Source of the DNA: Octopus sinensis
Taxonomy: Eukaryota
Length of the DNA stretch: 64,000 bases
Direction of reading: 5' to 3'
Assembly: GCF_006345805.1 (NCBI RefSeq)
Contig: NC_042998.1
Coordinates: forward strand, 75,082,001 to 75,146,000
Made by a program: the position numbers and the translations under genes. The notes beneath the pieces were generated by a model. The model had not been told where the DNA came from. It made no database searches and was given only the letters and a program-made list of their open reading frames with translations. Below, in pieces: positions 50,061-63,796 of this stretch (the first letter of the stretch is position 1; every line of letters starts with the position of its first letter).

Positions 50061-53000
50061 TAGGACGCTCTTTTCTATTTTCCACCAGTCTAACCAGAAC
50101 ATTACGTCCCTTATTTTAAATAGTGTTGTTAAATTATGGAAATATGTCATACATTGTTATGAATGGCCTCACTGATTTTGAATCACGTGGGAAACATTAT
50201 TAGCGACTTTTGGTGTAAAATTCACAATAAGTGTGCATTTCAAACCATGTGTTAGAGTTTCACAAATTGATATACTTTAATGAGTATTGGAATCATGTTC
50301 TAATTCTTCGTTCATTTGACGAGAGGATTTGTTACCGTTTTAGGATTTTCTTTTATTTTTGTTGAATTTTAGAATATGAATATTTGATATAATCATTTTC
50401 CTGAAATAAAGAAATAATTGCATGCTAAAATATTTCCCCAACAATTACACTCGAAGTTGCGATGTATTGTAATAGAAATACTCTTTACTCTTAAAATTAA
50501 CACTACAAGCACAACAAGAATAACGTGAGAAACAGCAATTCTTAAATGAGTTCATTTCTTTTTCTCTAAAAATCTAAACGTAAGACGATAAATCATAAGA
50601 CAAAACTCAGAAACACAAAATTCCTAATAGAAAAGATTCAATGACAAATATTCTGAAATATAGAAAATATCAAATACATGTATTTTCTGGCGTTACGCAT
50701 TCCACCATTAGCAGAACTGTAACAAATACGATTACAAAGTTTAATTTGACACTCTTACGTAAAAATCATTCAATTAATCACACGCACTCTGAATAATGAC
50801 TGCGATTTGTCTACACATAAACGGAACAATAGCAATCATGGTAGATGTAATGTGTGCTCAAGAAAAAGTTTCACTTTTCCAAACACAGCTCTTGTGACTT
50901 ATTTTTAATCCTCAACTATTTTATACAAATTAACAGAGAATATATCTGAAATGATTCAAATTGTAAGAAATCGAAATATTCCAGATAAAACAGATAATGA
51001 TATGGGATACAGTTGGAGCTAAACGTGTTACAGTTGTTGGTTAGGATGAGTTGAATTTTGCATTGCAATTTGCGGCCGCTGTCTTTGTGTGTGTGTGTGT
51101 GTGAGTTTTACATGCTAGGTCTAGAAGTATAACAAGTGACCACAGCTGTTGCATAACCTCCTAACCCAGGGAGATTGAAGAGAACTGAACGCTCTGTGAC
51201 TCAACACCTTATGGAAAGATGTCAGCAGAGAAGCTATTTCAGAGCTGATATTCTAGAAAGAAAGTATTGGGTAGTAAAGTCTGTTTGAGAGTCTGACTGA
51301 GTTGGACACAGCGAGGGTGGTAAAAATGAGACGCATGGGAGGCAAATGTCTGAATGGCGTGGCATGTATCCCTCTAGCTTACAGGAGAAGAAACCAGTAT
51401 AATAGTGGTAGATATGTCACAGATAGAAGAGAGCAACTATAGGCCAAGGACAAGAGCATGTCAGTGAGAAATGTTATGTCAATCATTCGTATGGCCCTTT
51501 TCCTGAAGTAATCTGAAATATCTTTGTGTGCCCAGCAATATTGTTTCAGCTATGCGAACACTATTCTATAATATTATTCACATGAACGACGTAGAGTATC
51601 AGCAAATTTACGTGGGTGGTGTAAAAGAAAAGAGCTATGTGTTGGAATATGATCATAATTAAATTAATTATGATTTTCGCTTGGCAAGATTCTTAGTGAC
51701 ATTCGCATTACGCATTTAGAAAAATTTCATAATCGTGTATTATTTATACTGGCCATATTTTCTAAGATGTCGTACAAAAGGTTTATGTTTGTAGTAGGTG
51801 TGTCGTTCCAAATATGTGAAGAATATTACAGGAAGAGAGACAGAGGTCTGAGCTGAATTATTTTCTGGCACTGAAGAAAAGACGTAGAACTTCATGAGTA
51901 GATTTGCCTACCTGGATATCCTCATGAATGTTTATGTATAACTGCACTTAACAACGACGACACTATGTGTAGTCTTACGAGACTATGTTCTAAAGTTTGT
52001 TCTTGATGTTCGTCGTGGTTGCAGTGGTTGTGGTAGTGGTGACGACCATTTTGATGGTATTAGTTATTGGTGGTGATGGCGGTAGTTTTAAATTTCTTTT
52101 ATTCAGTTGAATAGATGAATCACTAGATTGACATTTCCCTTCCACGCCTGTTTATATCTATAATTCCATCAAATATAGACACATCGCTAGTTCAACCAAT
52201 TTCCTTTCCTTTCTTAATTAGTAGTAGGAGAATCACAGTATGATGAGATTCCTCTGCTAGAATGATTCTTGCCTAATTTGAATCATTTATAGGCTACGTG
52301 TCATTTATTGTCATCGTGGCAGTTTAAGAATACGCTGGAGACGCTGACTTGAGTATCAACAGAAGTATTTGTGCAACCTGAACGTGCTGAGAATATAATG
52401 GCCTTTAGGGTATATTAAACCTAGAAGTTCATTTCTAAACAGAATAGAAATGTTAGCACTAATTAATGGTTGCAAAGACTCCGTGTACCAGTTAATCATG
52501 CATTCTACTCGCAAAAAGGATATATAAAATTCTATCGTCATTATCAGCTTCACACCGCTCCTAAAATACTAAACATTTCCCTTAAAATACCCTATCAGTA
52601 ATATTTAGATGCAGGGCAACGAACAATAATACTAAAAGAAATAATGATGTCTTATAGTGGTACAAGACGATAAATTCAAAGAATGGAGAAAAATTCATGC
52701 TCACTACTTCTTGACAGGTAGGTATTTCACCGATTCTTTTATTTTTTCTTGTGCCCAAATTTATTTTACCAAATTTTACTGAAATAAAAAAAGTAGGTCT
52801 ATTACGGTTATTTCATAAATCTATACATTGAAAGTAAAAATACGGTTACTTATCTGCATCACTTTCACATCTATAGAAAATTATGCTAAGGTGGTTAGTG
52901 CTTATAAATGCAGAACCAGTTTAGCAATATCTACTGTTTTGTCCGCCTCACAAAAGCAATTGCTCTACGCAAATTCTTGAATAACAAAACCAAATTCTGA

Positions 53001-53062
53001 AAAGTTTAAAATTTTGGATCAAAAGTATACTTCATATATTTTATGTATATCTTGTCTCCACG

Positions 53063-53400
53063 TGAAGGCGCATGGCTCAGTGTTTAGAGCGTCGGATTCA
53101 CTATCATGAGGTAATGAGATCGATTGCAGGACTGAGCTCTGTATCGAGTTCTTGAGCAAGATACTTTATTTCATATTGTTCCAGTTCACTCAACTGTAAA
53201 AATGAGTTGCATCGTTATTGGTGCCAAGGAGTAATACCCCTGGATAACATCAGTGGCGTGAAGAGAAGAGGCTGATATGCATGGGCGACTGCTGGTCTTC
53301 CATAAACAGCTTTGCCCGGTCTTGTTCCCCGCAGAGGAACTTTCTAAGTGCAATCCCATGGTCATAAATGACCGAAGGCGGTCCTTACTTATTACCCTTA
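53063..53400 (+). mobile_element. Family D tRNA-derived SINE, near full length
   Basis: gaaggcgcatggctcagtgtttagagcgtcggattcac..gttcttgagcaagatactttatttca..ggtcttccataaacagc..gtgcaatcccatggtcat..gaccgaagg. Confidence 0.8.
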
Positions 53401-54342
53401 TTTCGAACACATTCCTCTGTAGATCTCTACTTTTCTGAAAAACTGAAGGTTACTGCTCTGTATTCCAAAAGTTGCAGAAAGAAATGGAATATCTATAATA
53501 AACGATCCTGATATCGTTTGTTCTTTATAATGATATATATTTTGGAAATAATTGCAGCAACTACACTGACAGAATTTCGAAACACTCGGCTTCAACATTG
53601 ATCATGATGGTTGTCTACATCTTGACGCAACCGATCAGCATCAATCTTGGGCCTTGCCTTCAATGTTTGAACGGCATCTTCGAAAAACTGAAGCTATGAC
53701 ACCTCTTTGTTAGCTCGACGGTACTTCGTTACTCAGCGTAGGTATGAGGCTTGTGGAGAAGCCTGGAAAATCGAGGTTCATTCATTGTATCTGCATCTCA
53801 TTAAGGTTGGTTCCTGTACGCTATGGAACTTTCACAATCTGCACGGCCTTCATATTAACCTGGTAGATTTTCAGACCATGTGATCTTTCAAATAGTTTCC
53901 TACAAATAGATGTCCTATCCATTATTGGTACACTATTCCATATGTAGTTATCGTTTCTCAATTCGAATGGGATTCTTATCATCTCTCACGCGAATACCAA
54001 ATATACACGTGTGCGTGTATGTGTGTGAGTGTGTGTGTGTGCACGCTCGTACACACATATATGCACGCATGTTTTCATTTAGACAATCACATTATCTTTT
54101 CCCTAATGGCATTGTTTATTTTGGAGAATTATTCATTCTTGATAATAACGAACCTTCTCTGGATTTCTTCTCAGTTACCACCAAGTAATTGTTCTATCTC
54201 TAGAAGCAGCGATAATTTCATTAAACCAAGGATCTGTGTTTTATAGTTTATAATAAACTCGTATTCGTCACTGCGGCTCAATTTCATACCATTACCCCCA
54301 CCCCCACCCCCACCCCCACCCGGTAGTATTTACCTTAGTTTA

Positions 54343-54540
54343 AGGCTGCAAGCTAGCAGAATCGTTAGCAAGAAGCTTATCAGCATTTCGCCTAAGCGAT
54401 CTAAGCTCAAATTCCGCCGAGGATGACGTTGCTTTCATCATTTCGAAGACGTTCAATTGGGTACCATTTGAACCCTGCGGTCGATGTAATTCACTTAACT
54501 CTTCCCCCGATATTGCTGATCTTGTGTTAAAATTGGAAAT
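54343..54540 (+). mobile_element. Family A SINE
   Basis: gcaagctagcagaatcgttagca..ctcaaattccgccgagg..gctttcatc..ggtcgatgtaat. Confidence 0.75.
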
Positions 54541-55567
54541 CAAAACTTTGTCTTAGTTCATTTTCGTATCACTTATTTATGTCTGCGAGCGCAAGTGCGC
54601 GTGTTTAATAGTTTTAGAGCATACTAAAATTAAACAACGAGCTGATATATTTTTAATCATATTTGTATACAAATAGAAACTGCTTCATAACACAGAATCA
54701 AAACGTGAATTCTTCTCATACTTTCGCACATATTTACGTCTATTGATATTTTCTAAAGTTTATTGTCATTCCACACTTTTGTGTTTGAAAATGAGTCTTT
54801 TATGAAAGTATTGATACTATGAAGTGCATGAAATACACTGTTTAAAACGAAAAAAAAAAAAAAAGATGAACTACTTTGAATTACTGTCAATTATAAACAT
54901 AGCAATTACGGTTACATTGTTTGTTCAGTGAGTAGGTGGGGAGTTGGTTCTATATCAACGATATTATTAGATACGTATAGAATTTATTTACAATCGTACT
55001 GGAAATAGATCCTGCGCTAAAGCTATGTTTAGTTAGGACTTCATCAATTTATCACGGTTTGCTGAAATTATGTTTTCATACAATATTCATTATAACTCAA
55101 AATTCTTGAAATGTATCGAATATAAGATTTATGTGAGTTCTTATGGTTTCGTGTGCATTGTGACGGAATGTCTATGATTAATATAATTTTGGTAAATTAA
55201 TGGGAGAAGAACGCAAAATATTTAGCTATGAATAGACTAGATGTCACTTCTTTAAGCGGACTGTATCAGTATAAATTATTTTTAATGGTTTTGATGGTGC
55301 AGAAAAAAGTTCTGCCTGTGGAATTTACTTGTTTTCAGCAGCTGGTGAGATTCATGTGGTTGACGCTTTGGTTACAGAACGGTAATTTAACGGAATGGAC
55401 AAATTAAAAATAAGCGGGATGAGCCTCAAGGGAATTGACTTCTGAGAAAGAAGAATAGGTTTGTGATTAGTGCAAGGTTCTGATTATGTCTAACAAAAGG
55501 AGGGCAGAGGGTTGTGCCGAGCGGCCCCTAAGGGAAGTTGCATGTAACATGGCAGTTCATAAAATTA

Positions 55568-55593
55568 ATAGTAGTAGTAGTAGTAGTAGTAGT

Positions 55594-55632
<39 letters not shown>

Positions 55633-55645
55633 CAGCAGCAGCAGC
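55568..55645. repeat. (TAG)n(CAG)n compound microsatellite
   Basis: Direct reading. Confidence 0.95.
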
Positions 55646-57149
55646 GAAAGCAACTACGGTTGCAGCAGAGTGCAGTGTGTTTTCATCTGAAGATTAGATG
55701 CCGGACTGTAATGTTGAGAGATCTTTATCAATAAAGTGCATGACAGTCTCATGGACTCGATTATGATGCTTATCCTTGATCTACATGCAATGAGTTAATA
55801 ATCCCGCTCGAGATATGGGAGTAGTATTTTATTTCGTGTCTAACATAGGTTTTGCAGAGATTTGACAATCATTCTGACTCTGGGCAAAAGAGGTGATTGA
55901 TGCAAGTTTTACTGTATCAATAAAGAGATCGGTGGGAGAGAACACAAAAATATTATGAAGTCTACGACCACGTGTGTTTCGAAATAAGGGTTTGAAATGC
56001 ACGTTGTCCAAGACTAAGGAGGTAGAAAATTGTTCGAATAGAACGAAATAATCAACTTTAAACACATGAGCATTACATGTTCTTGTGGAATAACTATTAG
56101 TTGAGTTTATCGTAATGATTTACAAATGTATTATTAAACCCAGGGAATAGCATCAACGATTTTAACACCATTTTTCTGCGAATTAAATGCTTGATAAAAG
56201 AAATTATCAAAGTGTTAAAGCTGCATAGTTCCAGATCATAAATTCTGTTAATTGGCATAATTTCTATTTCGCAAGCCATTAGCAGGTGTTGTATCACGTG
56301 TCCTAGATGTCTTTTATAAATTACCTTGCTTTCATTCAGAAATGCAACAAAGGCTTATGGTTTGCTTTACTGAATTCTTTATTGATTCATTCGCGATGTT
56401 CGGAGTAATTTCTTCGCTTTCCAACTTCAACATCTGCTACACGTATCCCATTATTATAAGTTATATTAAATACATTTTACACTGAAGTCATTCGCACTTT
56501 TGGCTCGGTTTCACTTCTTTCAGCTCATTTGCTTCTTTTATATTTATCTTTTTTTAAATATACTTCTACTCGAACTAATGTGAGAACCCACATAGAGCCG
56601 AACGAACTGTTACAAATAGCAACCAAATCACCTCCATGGCACAGCTCACCGCCTGAAAAGATATCTCGTTAAATAATGCGTGTGCAAATGGGTGTGTGTC
56701 TGCGTATTTATGTTTCTGTGTGTATGTGTGTATATGTGTATTAAATTGATTCTCAAAGCATTTAAAATGCTTTTATATTATTTATGTATATATTCTCACC
56801 TCAGAATGGTGCTTTATGTCTGAGATGGAAATAAAAATGTGTAAAATCAAACATAAATATGTTTCAAAAACAAAAGCCATATGCACAAACAGTAAAATGA
56901 ATAACAGCGTGTGACTCTAGATTTAAGATTTCAGTTCTCCATGTGTTAGATACGTCTTTTAATTATACACAGTCCTTTCATGTATTTTCCGTCAGTGGAA
57001 CAAAACGCAATCGAGGAAGCAGGAAATCCAAAAGTAATTATTCTGCTGCCCTTTGTAATGTCGTGCAATATTCAATTGTTTTGGCAACTACCCTCACTTC
57101 AATAACTTGTCTGCATATATTTACTATCCCAGCGATGTATATGATATGT

Positions 57150-57203
<54 letters not shown>

Positions 57204-57789
57204 TCTTAATCTATATATGTGTCAAGTTACTACGGTTTTATTTCCTCTTCTACTGATATATATATTACGTTTTTAATTACAGTACGTCCAATAAAGATTT
57301 CATCTTGGATCAAAGCTGTAGCAATTTGCCCATGTATTGTCTATTTTAAATACGATACATAGGTAGATATTTGAATCTAAAACTGCATTAATTGCATACA
57401 CCAATAATTTATTCAGCTTGGCATCTAAACGCAATACTAGACTATATATTATTCACCACATTCCTCTATCACAGACTACAGATTTTGTCATGGCGAGGTT
57501 CTGACTACACGTCATTCATAAGTCCTAACAAGGCCGAAATGCATCTGTTGTTCATGATACCCACTACTAGGAAGTTGCTTCCTCTCCCTCTGATATATAT
57601 TATGCTTTTCAACACAGCACATCTATAGCAGATTTTATCTCAGGCGAAAACCATCACAGGTTTCCTGTCAATGCTGTATATACATTACTATGACACATGG
57701 TGGCTGATATATATATATATATATATATATTAGTAACAGAAAAGAGGAATTTCGATTATCCCCACGTGGTGGGTTGTAATGTATATAAG

Positions 57790-57840
<51 letters not shown>

Positions 57841-57899
57841 TATAGAACATTGAAGTAGTAGACCATTTGTTTTCTCACCAATTAGGCGCAGTATTGCTT

Positions 57900-58355
57900 A
57901 ATTTGTGCATAGGCGACGCGAATGTGTAGTGTACGAGTTTGAGGTGGCGACTGGCGCCGGTGAATGCAGTGGCAGATTTGGTTACAACAGCAGCAAGGGC
58001 ACCGAACACAGGCCAGCCGATAACAACAGCGACTGAAATTACAACGGGGGCGATGACGACGTTGGTATTGACGCAGCCCGTCAAGTGCAGCAGCTACGAC
58101 ACCAATACTAACAGCAATAAAAGCACCAGCAATGCGTCCTGGAGTGGTAGCAATAGCGGCCTTGTTGGCGGTAACCGCGGCACCAAGGTTGCATCCAGCA
58201 ACGACAGCAACAACGGCGATGATACCAGCAACAGCACCAGTGGAAGTGCTAACAGCAACAGCGGCACCAGCAACGAGCGCAACAGTGACAGCAAAATTGG
58301 CGGCGATAATAACAGTATCACCATCAGCTTTAACACTACCAGCAAAAGAGCACAG
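57900..58355 (+). other. GC-rich triplet-periodic (RCA-like) low-complexity segment, Ala/Thr/Pro-rich in one frame
   Basis: Strong 3-nt periodicity (acagcaacagcggcaccagcaacg..); overlapping open frames with no recognisable domain. Confidence 0.5.
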
Positions 58356-58359
58356 ACAC

Positions 58360-58690
58360 GAAATGTGTCGGATTTACAGGCCGCCTTTCAAGTGTCATCT
58401 GAGCAACTGCAGGTCCTCTTTTAGGATACCAGGGAAGCACAACATCACGTCTCTGGCCAGCTATATATGGCATTTAAATTGAGGCTCCGAGAACAACCGG
58501 GACCATATATCAAAGGGAGCAAACGATGTCAGTTCTGTTTGGTTGAAAGAGTAAGAATCTTGAAAAATACACTCAACCCATAGTCCTTTTTAAAATCCAA
58601 AGTACAGATGTTTAGTCAGTGCCCTCATCAGAGAAAATTCATGGGGAAAACATAGAGCTTACCATTTGCCGCATTAAAAAAATGCTACCA
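58360..58690 (+). pseudogene. Penelope-like GIY-YIG endonuclease C-terminal fragment
   Basis: Frameshifted (C)VGFTGR/PFKCHLSNCRSSFRIPGKHNITSLASYIWHL..PYIKGSKRCQFCLVERVRIL..ELTICRIKK, matching the YxG..FK.R..NH..SF..T.LS.YIW.L..PY..G.K.C.LC..EK..EL...CRH pattern of YRDD-type PLEs. Confidence 0.7.
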
Positions 58691-60025
58691 GTTTCGAGTG
58701 GTCAAAGGGAGATAAACACGCCTCGCTCAAGGCTTCGCCAGAAGACTTTCGTTCCGGAATTTTTTGTGTTTATGAAATTAACTGACCTTGACGTTTTCTT
58801 CCCTCCATATAAGTCTGGCGAATCGGGTATACAGCTAGGCGCTTTATAGTTCCAAAACCAATGGTCACTCTCTGACCGGCCATACACACACACACACACA
58901 TACATATGCTTAAAAAGCATATGTGTATGTGTATTGTGCCAGTGTGTGTGTGTGTATGAAGCGGAAAAGATATAAAATTTCCTCTCTCCTCCCTCTCTTT
59001 TAATGTCTCTCTCTCTCTTCCTCACTTTCTCTGTACCGACAAGAAGAAGTTAAAATTTTACTGATGTGCATCGGTATCGTACATTTTTTGTTCATATGTG
59101 AAATAGCTTCGATTTACTACTTACTTCCTCACATGATTTATTAAATATAGAGACAATAAATTCTGCATCACCATATTGACAGTTATATTATGGCCACTGG
59201 TACTGTTTTAAAATGGATATCCATAACACTATCAAGTAATTTATTACCTTAACACTCATATAAATCATTGATATCTCCAGAGCCCGAACACTAATATTTT
59301 TATTTACATGTAAAACATAAATTTGAAATGCAATAAATGAAGAAATCCTTTTGTATTCGTATGTATTTGTACCCTCATGTTTTATCTCTTATCAAGTTAT
59401 TAATTATAATTCTTTCTTTGCTATAATCTTTATTATTTAAGTGATTTGAGTGGGGAGGAAAGGACTTAGTCAATCTATAGATACTCAGAAATTAACGATT
59501 ATAAGAAAGTTTCATTGCGTCATGCATATAAATAATACGGATTATTGCATCACGTGCTCGCGTCTACGTGGTTGAAAATTGTGCCACAAACAGCAGCCAA
59601 ATTTCCTCCAAAGTCCATGATATTTTTCATGCAAACCGACAGATATGTGCATTTCACAGGAATAAATTATGTAGAGATCACAGATAGATTAATTTGATCA
59701 TGTCTGTTGCATGTGTGTGAACGTGAAAACTCAATGTGATAACTGAATTGAGGTTTAGCATGATTACGAGGTGGAATAAAACGCAGCCGTTGTCTTTCAA
59801 TCGATCATTGTTGGTTCACTAACTCTGGTCTAAAAATCTATTAGATACATTGCGTCGCTGATTAGATCCAAAAACAAAAGAAAGAAATGTAGAAATCTTA
59901 AACACTGTTCGTAAAACTGTTAGGATATAATGAACGTTCATATATGCAAATTTACTCAGTAATCTGGAAACAAGGTATATAACAAAAACTGCTGCAATTA
60001 CAACTGATATTATTATTATTATTAA

Positions 60026-60066
<41 letters not shown>

Positions 60067-60106
60067 TCAACAACATCTGTAGTAGTAGTAAGGTGGTGAG
60101 TTATCA

Positions 60107-60185
60107 AGGCGGTAGAATCGTTAGCACGCTGGACAAAATGTTTGGTGGCATTTCGCCCGTCGCTACTTTCTGAGTTCAAGTTCGA
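60107..60185 (+). mobile_element. Family A SINE 5' fragment
   Basis: ggcggtagaatcgttagcacgctggacaaaatg..ttctgagttcaa. Confidence 0.8.
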
Positions 60186-60775
60186 TATTATTGCAGTAAA
60201 TACTTTGTAAAATGTAGGGAGACAAGTTATTGGTCTGTAATTTCGTGGGTTTGCCGTTTCAGTGGATTTGAGAATTAGGGTAGTTTTTCCCTTTTGTGAG
60301 CCATTCAGGCATTGTCTCTGCCTCTACTAGTATGTCATTAAATTTCTCAGCCAGCTTTTTGTGTGTTCCTGTCAGATATTTTAGCTAGAAGTTGGAAATC
60401 TTATCGTGCCGGGGTTCCTTCCAGTTGTTTAGTTTTTGCACTATCTGGGTGACCTCTTCAGTTGTTATAGGGGTCCAGAGTTGTTCAGGTGCTGACTTCG
60501 TTATTTTGAGAGACCTTTTCTGAGGTTGTTCCTTCGGCGACCATATTTCTTTCCAAAATTCTTCCACTTCTGCTGCTGGTGCTGCATTGATGTCTATTTT
60601 ATTTTTGCCAAGTTTCTGGTAGAATTTTTGGGGATGGAGTTGAACTGTATGCTTTGTTCAAAGAAACGTTCGCATTACTCATACCGGCAGATACTTTGTG
60701 CTTCGACAACGATATCTTGCTTTAGTGGTTCCTTTACCTCAGGTAAACATTTTTCTGCAATGTTGTATTTGCACA
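60185..60775 (-). pseudogene. R4/Dong-like RT N-terminal fragment
   Basis: EVKEPLKQ..AQSICRYE..EEFWKEIW..ITTEEV..LNNWKEPRHDKISNF..LAEKFN..MPEWLTKG.TTLI.K..NPRNYRPITCLPTFYK. Confidence 0.85.
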
Positions 60776-61263
60776 ATAAGTATGCTAACGAAGTAAACTC
60801 AAGTATCATGTATCCAAAACATTACCGTAGAGTGCTTAAGAAAGTGTACTCACGGAAATATTACCGAGAATCCCACCTATGGTACACAATGGGGCAAGTC
60901 TAAGTCCAGCGGTCTCTACAATTTATCAGTTATAATTTGAATCAAGGTCACAAGTTAAAACCGTTATAACAGAGATGTCATTAAAAATGAATAAGAAAAA
61001 ATAAAGGGTCCGAGGGAGAAGACAATGATATAAGTGGTGCAGGGCCGCTTATGTCCTTCAGAACCTCAACGTTATAACATGCATGAGGGAATGGTCGAAG
61101 AGTAAATAGCCTCGGGTTATAGTTAAGGGGATGCAAGCTTTACACGTAATTCAGCGAATTTGGACTTAACCTCGTAGATAGCAAATTGTGGTAATAATTA
61201 GATATATACAGATTCGCAAGAAAAATCCTTCTTACTGGTACACTACTATTCACAAATAAAAAG

Positions 61264-61592
61264 CCACTTACAATTAGGTGATTAATATTTAAGACCAAAT
61301 CACATGTTATCAATTAATCAATTATCAATTAATAAAACTCACAAGTTGCCACAGTATACTAAATATGCTTAATAAGAATTACATAATAATTAAATCTAGA
61401 TAGTTCCTACCATTATATAAACAATTTTAAGATTTTAAATTGTTTATAGAAAGACAGGGACTATGTAACTTTAATGATTATGTAATGTTTATTGAGCATA
61501 TTTAGTCTACTGTGGCAAGTTGTGAGTTTTATTAATTGATCATAATTAACATGTGATTTGGTCTTAAATATTAACCGCCTAATTGTAAGTGG
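61264..61592. repeat. 329-bp almost loop-less palindrome (fold-back / MITE-like)
   Basis: ccacttacaattagg..aatatttaagaccaaatcacatgtta..tcaattaataaaactcacaa.ttgccacagta.actaaatatgct..tataaacaattt is mirrored about a centre near 61432; roughly 85-90% identity by eye. Confidence 0.9.
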
Positions 61593-61629
<37 letters not shown>

Positions 61630-61636
<7 letters not shown>

Positions 61637-61965
61637 TCGTTTTCCATGGGTACGCAAAGGCGCTTTGGCCCAGCAAAAGAAAGGATCCAGAGAGAAAGAC
61701 TCTTGGAAGTGGCTTCATAGTAGTCCTTATGCTGTCCATAAACCTTTTGTTTAGGTTTTCGCCGATAGCGATTCCCCTCTGCAAGCTCACCATGAAACAG
61801 CTGTTTGGGCGTGCGTTCATCCCCCATTCGAACAATATGGCCACACCATCTCATTTGGTTTCTCAAAATAATAGCTTTAATTGAGGTGACGCGTGCAGAT
61901 ACAAGAACATCTGTGTTTGAAGTAAAAGAGCTCCCTTTAATGTGTAAAATGCGATGAAGGCATAC
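61630..61965 (-). pseudogene. RTE-clade (BovB/RTE-X-like) LINE C-terminal fragment
   Basis: CLHRILHIK..SNTDVL..NQMRWCGHIVRMGDERTPKQLFHGELAEG.R, matching the QLRWAGHVxRM..RLPKQLFYGEL motif. Confidence 0.85.
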
Positions 61966-62706
61966 ATACATACATACATATAATTTGTTTCAAAAAAGTT
62001 CGCTTATCTCCTTGTTAGAATTTCGTCTCCTAAAATAATTATCATTCTCTTATATAAATGGCTTATCTTTCGTCCAACAGGTTTTGAATTAGATATTTCA
62101 CTATTCCAGAAATACGAAAGTCAAAATTATATCTAGTAAGAGTTAATAAGTTATAAGAATTCCCAAATATTTTGGCACGTTCGATGAACTTTGCCTTGAA
62201 TAATTAAAGAAAACGTACTATAGAAAAATCTTAGTCTCATTTTCCAGTTCAATTTAAAACATGGAAACAGGAATAAGATCAATTGTTTGGCTTCGATTTT
62301 AGTTAGGAAAGCAGAATTAAGACACCCTGGAGCTCTTGGCTGTTTATTTAATTGGATATAATTGTAATAACTTAAAACCAATGTTTTTGCATATTGCGAT
62401 TTTGATGAAAATTGGCACATGAAAGGATGTTGGCAATAAAGCACTCACGTGATACACGAGAGTAGATTCCAGTAGGTAAATTAAATTTGGACAATTCCGT
62501 TGTGTTCACCACAAAAAGAAAGTGCAATTTAACAAATGCAAAGTTTTAATTGGATATACATATGTAGATGTATGCATGCTTATATGTATATTATGTGAGT
62601 GTGTGAGCGAGGCGAGTGTGTGAGAGCGTATGTCTGTCTGTCTGTGTGTACGTGCGTCTGAGTGCGTGTCTACATATATCGTATGAGCATGTGTTTATAT
62701 GACTGA

Positions 62707-62757
<51 letters not shown>

Positions 62758-62843
62758 ATATATATATATATACAGACACACACACACACTAATATATATA
62801 TATATATCATACATTTATATATGTGTGTGTGTGTCTGTGTATC

Positions 62844-62917
<74 letters not shown>

Positions 62918-62951
62918 CATACATGCATAAGTATATGAGTGTTTGTATTGT

Positions 62952-62992
<41 letters not shown>

Positions 62993-63181
62993 TATATAAA
63001 AGGGCTTAGTAAAGTAAATTACTTTGCCGCATACTGAACTCGTTAGAAATAGCAGCTAAAAAAACTTTTTATAAAACTATTTCTAACACTTAAAGAAAAC
63101 CTCTCTCATATAGTGTTTGCTCAATTCAACTCAAGGAAGTATGGGGGTAGAGACATTAAAAAATCAAATGCAAAGGTTATT

Positions 63182-63234
63182 TGAGTACGTACGTTTCAAG
63201 ATTAGTCAAAATCGACCCTTCTCTCATCAGCTCA
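63182..63234 (-). ncRNA. Type-I hammerhead ribozyme, intact core (copy 1)
   Basis: Minus: UGAG-CUGAUGA-[GAGA AG GGUC gauuuu GACU AA UCUU]-GAA-ACGUACGU-A-CUCA; 4-bp stem I, 8-nt palindromic stem III, GUA cleavage triplet. Confidence 0.85.
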
Positions 63235-63743
63235 GAATGCCCTTGTTTGAATTTGAAAACACTGAAAATGGGAGCATACCCTTTCGGCTTGTTATCGCTT
63301 CTGAAGATCTGCTCCAAACTAACAGTGCCAACAAACTCAAATATGCAAGCGAAGAATTTCTGCTCTCCCCTTTCCACCAGCGTGGGTTAAAATCAGCAAA
63401 CACTATGCTTTTTTCGGTAAAATCCGAGACATTAAGTAGAGAGAGATGAATTATAATTTCAACAATTGAGGGTAAAATTAATTAATTAATTAATCAATTT
63501 CACCAAGTATTCAGTATGCAAAGGGACCATTTAAGGCGAATTCAAATTATTACATTATATAAAAGGGCTTAGTAAAATAAATTACTTTGCCGCATACTGA
63601 ACTCGTTAGAAATAGCAGCTAAAAAAACTTTTTATAAAACTATTTCTAACACTTAAAGAAAACCTCTCTCATATAGTGTTGCTCAATTCAACTCAAGGAA
63701 GTATGGGGGTAGAGACATTAAAAAATCAAATGCAAAGGTTATT

Positions 63744-63796
63744 TGAGTACGTACGTTTCAAGATTAGTCAAAATCGACCCTTCTCTCATCAGCTCA
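63744..63796 (-). ncRNA. Type-I hammerhead ribozyme, intact core (copy 2, identical to copy 1)
   Basis: Same sequence at offset +562. Confidence 0.85.

Noticed and set aside
53600-53880. Possible Tc1/mariner remnant on the minus strand
   Set aside because: Only a few residues of resemblance; could not anchor any catalytic motif.
54295-54321. (CCCCCA)n tract able to form a G-quadruplex on the minus strand
   Set aside because: A simple hexanucleotide microsatellite with no functional context.
55685-55730. CTGAAGA followed by GAGA and aataaag, suggestive of a PLE terminal-repeat hammerhead
   Set aside because: No GAAA and no convincing stem II.
56755-56774. Perfect 20-bp palindrome aaagcattttaaaatgcttt
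   Set aside because: Borderline expected by chance in 64 kb of AT-rich DNA.
57500-57545. Plus-strand hammerhead relic (..uucauaa gucc uaacaa ggcc GAAA ugcauc)
   Set aside because: Three mismatches in CUGANGA and no clear stem I or III.
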